NCBI GenBank assembly: GCA_017616915.1
Contig: JAFZXF010000110.1
Location: 1 to 55,031, forward strand
Length of the DNA stretch: 55,031 bases
Reading direction: 5' to 3'
Origin: Bacteroidaceae bacterium
GTDB lineage: Bacteria > Bacteroidota > Bacteroidia > Bacteroidales > Bacteroidaceae
Each line of letters begins with the position of its first letter. Position 1 is the first letter of the stretch. This document shows positions 53,305 to 55,031 of this stretch, piece by piece. The notes under the pieces were generated by a model. The model was not told the origin of the DNA. It did no database searches and saw only the letters and a list, made by a program, of their open reading frames with translations. A program made the translations under genes and the position numbers.

Positions 53305-54063
53305 CTAAAGATCCCACTCTTTAAGAGCCTGTATCAGTTCATAATCGGTGGGGTCAATCATTATCGGAGTGATAGCCACGTAGTCGTGACTCATCGCCCA
53401 CAGGTCGGTGGAATCATCACTCGGTTCATCATCAACCTGCTCCCCACTAAGCCAGAAGTAGTGGCCGCCGCGACTGCGCGGACACGGCTCAAACTCCTCC
53501 ACCCAGCGGCTGTAGGCCATACGGCAAACTCGGATGCCCTGTATTTCTTCCGTTTCGGGGATATTCACATTAAGGTAGGAACCATACGGCAGGCCCTGCT
53601 CAAGCACCAATCCGGCAATATGGGTGCATATCGGCACCAGGTGCTCCAACCTTGCCTGTGGGTCATGATTATTGAGCGAGAACGCCACCGATGGTATGCC
53701 GTGAAGCGCTGCTTCGGTGGTCACAGCCGTAGTGCCCGAATAGTGTACATTTATCGAGGCATTACTACCGTGATTTATACCTGCTACTATAAGGTCGGGT
53801 TGTCGCATGAGTAGCTGGTCGAGCGCCAGCTTGGTACACATCACGGGCGACCCGCTACACGAATAAATCTTAAGACCTTCCTCTGAGTGGACATGCTTGT
53901 AGCTAACAGGCACCGCATCTGTAATCGAGCAACTCGCCCCGGAACGAGGACCGTCAGGAGCTACCACGAAAATATCGCCCAAAGGGCGCATTGCATCAAT
54001 GAGAGCCGCCAAACCACGGGAAGTATATCCGTCGTCGTTAGAGATTAGTATCAGTGGACGCAT
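53305..54063 (-). CDS. surE: 5'/3'-nucleotidase SurE
   Basis: 252 aa starting at MRPLILISNDDGYTSRGLAALIDAM (the SurE NDDG motif). I rejected the track start at 54138. Confidence 0.92.
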   Translation of the reverse strand: MRPLILISNDDGYTSRGLAALIDAMRPLGDIFVVAPDGPRSGASCSITDAVPVSYKHVHSEEGLKIYSCSGSPVMCTKLALDQLLMRQPDLIVAGINHGSNASINVHYSGTTAVTTEAALHGIPSVAFSLNNHDPQARLEHLVPICTHIAGLVLEQGLPYGSYLNVNIPETEEIQGIRVCRMAYSRWVEEFEPCPRSRGGHYFWLSGEQVDDEPSDDSTDLWAMSHDYVAITPIMIDPTDYELIQALKEWDL

Positions 54064-54198
54064 AACATTTGCTTTATCTGCGGCAAAATTACTACAATAT
54101 TCACAAATGAAAAAGAAAACTAAGCTCGTATAACACATTTTTTAACATAAATAATCATAAAATTCCGCGAAAATGCGGTCTAATCGAGAAATATGCGC

Positions 54199-54206
54199 TA
54201 TCTTTG
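54199..54206 (+). promoter_or_regulatory. Candidate -7 box TATCTTTG upstream of parA
   Basis: Matches TAnnTTTG, 63 nt upstream of the ATG at 54269. Confidence 0.45.
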
Positions 54207-54268
54207 CAGTTATATTTGCCTTGATAGACGGGAAACCGCCTGTTTCAGGGGCGCAAAACAAAAATAAT

Positions 54269-55031
54269 ATGGGTAAGATAATAGCTATAGCCAATCAGAA
54301 GGGCGGCGTGGGCAAGACCACCACTGCTATCAACCTCGCAGCCTCACTGGCAATGATGGAAAAGAGTGTTCTGCTCGTAGATGCCGACCCTCAGGGCAAC
54401 TCATCTTGCGGTCTCGGTTTGGGCACGATAGATATCGACTGCACCATCTACGACTGTCTCATCAAAGGCGTTGACCCGCATGAGGCAATCTACACCACCA
54501 ATGTCCCTAACGTGGAAATTATCACCAGTCAGGTTAATCTGGCCGGTGCAGAACACGAACTGTTTGCGATTGAGAAAAACAGGGAAAAGGTGATGAAGGA
54601 AATGCTCGACAAACTAAAGGACGAGTACGACTTCATCCTCATCGACTGTAGTCCTTCGCTGGGCTCAGTTACGGTCAACGCTATTACCGCCGCCGACTCC
54701 GTGATTATCCCCGTACAATGCGAATACTTTGCTCTGGAGGGTATCGCCCAGCTCCTCAACACCATCAAACTCATCAAGCGCAAGCTCAACCCCCAGCTGC
54801 AAATAGAGGGTTTCCTCATCACCATGTACGACGGACGGCTCAAGCTCGCCAATCAAGTATATAATGATGTTAAGCGCCACTTCGAAGACCTGGTCTTCAA
54901 GACCGTCATCCAGCGCAACGTCAAGCTAAGTGAAGCTCCCTCCCACGGACTCGCTGTGGTGCAGTATGATGCCGATGCCAAAGGCTCACGCAACTATCTC
55001 TCACTAGCAAAGGAAATCCTCAGCAAGAATA
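54269..55031 (+). CDS. parA: ParA/Soj chromosome-partitioning ATPase (3' end truncated by the window edge)
   Basis: Absent from the ORF track because it is open at the edge. My translation is MGKIIAIANQKGGVGKTTTAINLAASLAMMEKSVLLVDADPQGNSS..., with the deviant Walker A KGGVGKT. It continues to ...LSLAKEILSKN at the window end. Confidence 0.9.
   Translation, partial: MGKIIAIANQKGGVGKTTTAINLAASLAMMEKSVLLVDADPQGNSSCGLGLGTIDIDCTIYDCLIKGVDPHEAIYTTNVPNVEIITSQVNLAGAEHELFAIEKNREKVMKEMLDKLKDEYDFILIDCSPSLGSVTVNAITAADSVIIPVQCEYFALEGIAQLLNTIKLIKRKLNPQLQIEGFLITMYDGRLKLANQVYNDVKRHFEDLVFKTVIQRNVKLSEAPSHGLAVVQYDADAKGSRNYLSLAKEILSKN

Overview
This 55-kb chromosomal window is from a Bacteroidales genome, probably Prevotellaceae-like. 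The placement rests on TAnnTTTG -7 promoter boxes, SusC/SusD genes, T9SS C-terminal sorting domains, fkp, and a surE-lpxB pair. All domain calls come from reading motifs by eye, because I could not run HMM or BLAST searches.

Most of the window is tightly packed housekeeping genes:
- frr, rsgA, nfeD-floA, rpsP, hflX, rsmI, recA, pepT, fkp, rsmA, corA.
- tRNA-Ala(GGC) and tRNA-Gln(CTG).
- rsfS-ftsH-cdsA, lpxB, surE, parA.
- Two edge-truncated genes are missing from the ORF track: a Wza-like polysaccharide exporter (1-2225, minus) and parA (54269-55031, plus).

The stand-out region is an accessory block of about 14.6 kb on the minus strand (19.8-34.4 kb):
- It starts with a SusC/SusD pair. The susC reading frame is broken by a single in-frame TAG.
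- Two small surface lipoproteins follow.
- After a strong hairpin and a separate promoter box come three secreted proteins, and none resembles a glycoside hydrolase by eye.
- Two of the three are large tandem paralogs: lectin-like N-terminus, CotH-kinase-like core, dockerin, cohesin-like module, T9SS C-terminal domain.
- The third, a 350-aa protein between them, has a cohesin-like module, Listeria/Bacteroides repeats and a dockerin.
- I read this as a candidate self-assembling, cellulosome-style surface complex built around CotH-like domains. It is my top candidate for an undescribed system.
- A third CotH-like T9SS protein sits at 49.4-52.1 kb.

A second unusual signal is a dispersed period-7 repeat, (GTCAATG)n, at 9 or more sites. 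Inside genes it is always in the stop-free orientation. Where the two tandem CotH paralogs can be compared, their length differences are exactly 21 nt.

Two phased repeat arrays (24-bp and 22-bp periods) fill the convergent gap at 19.8-20.1 kb.
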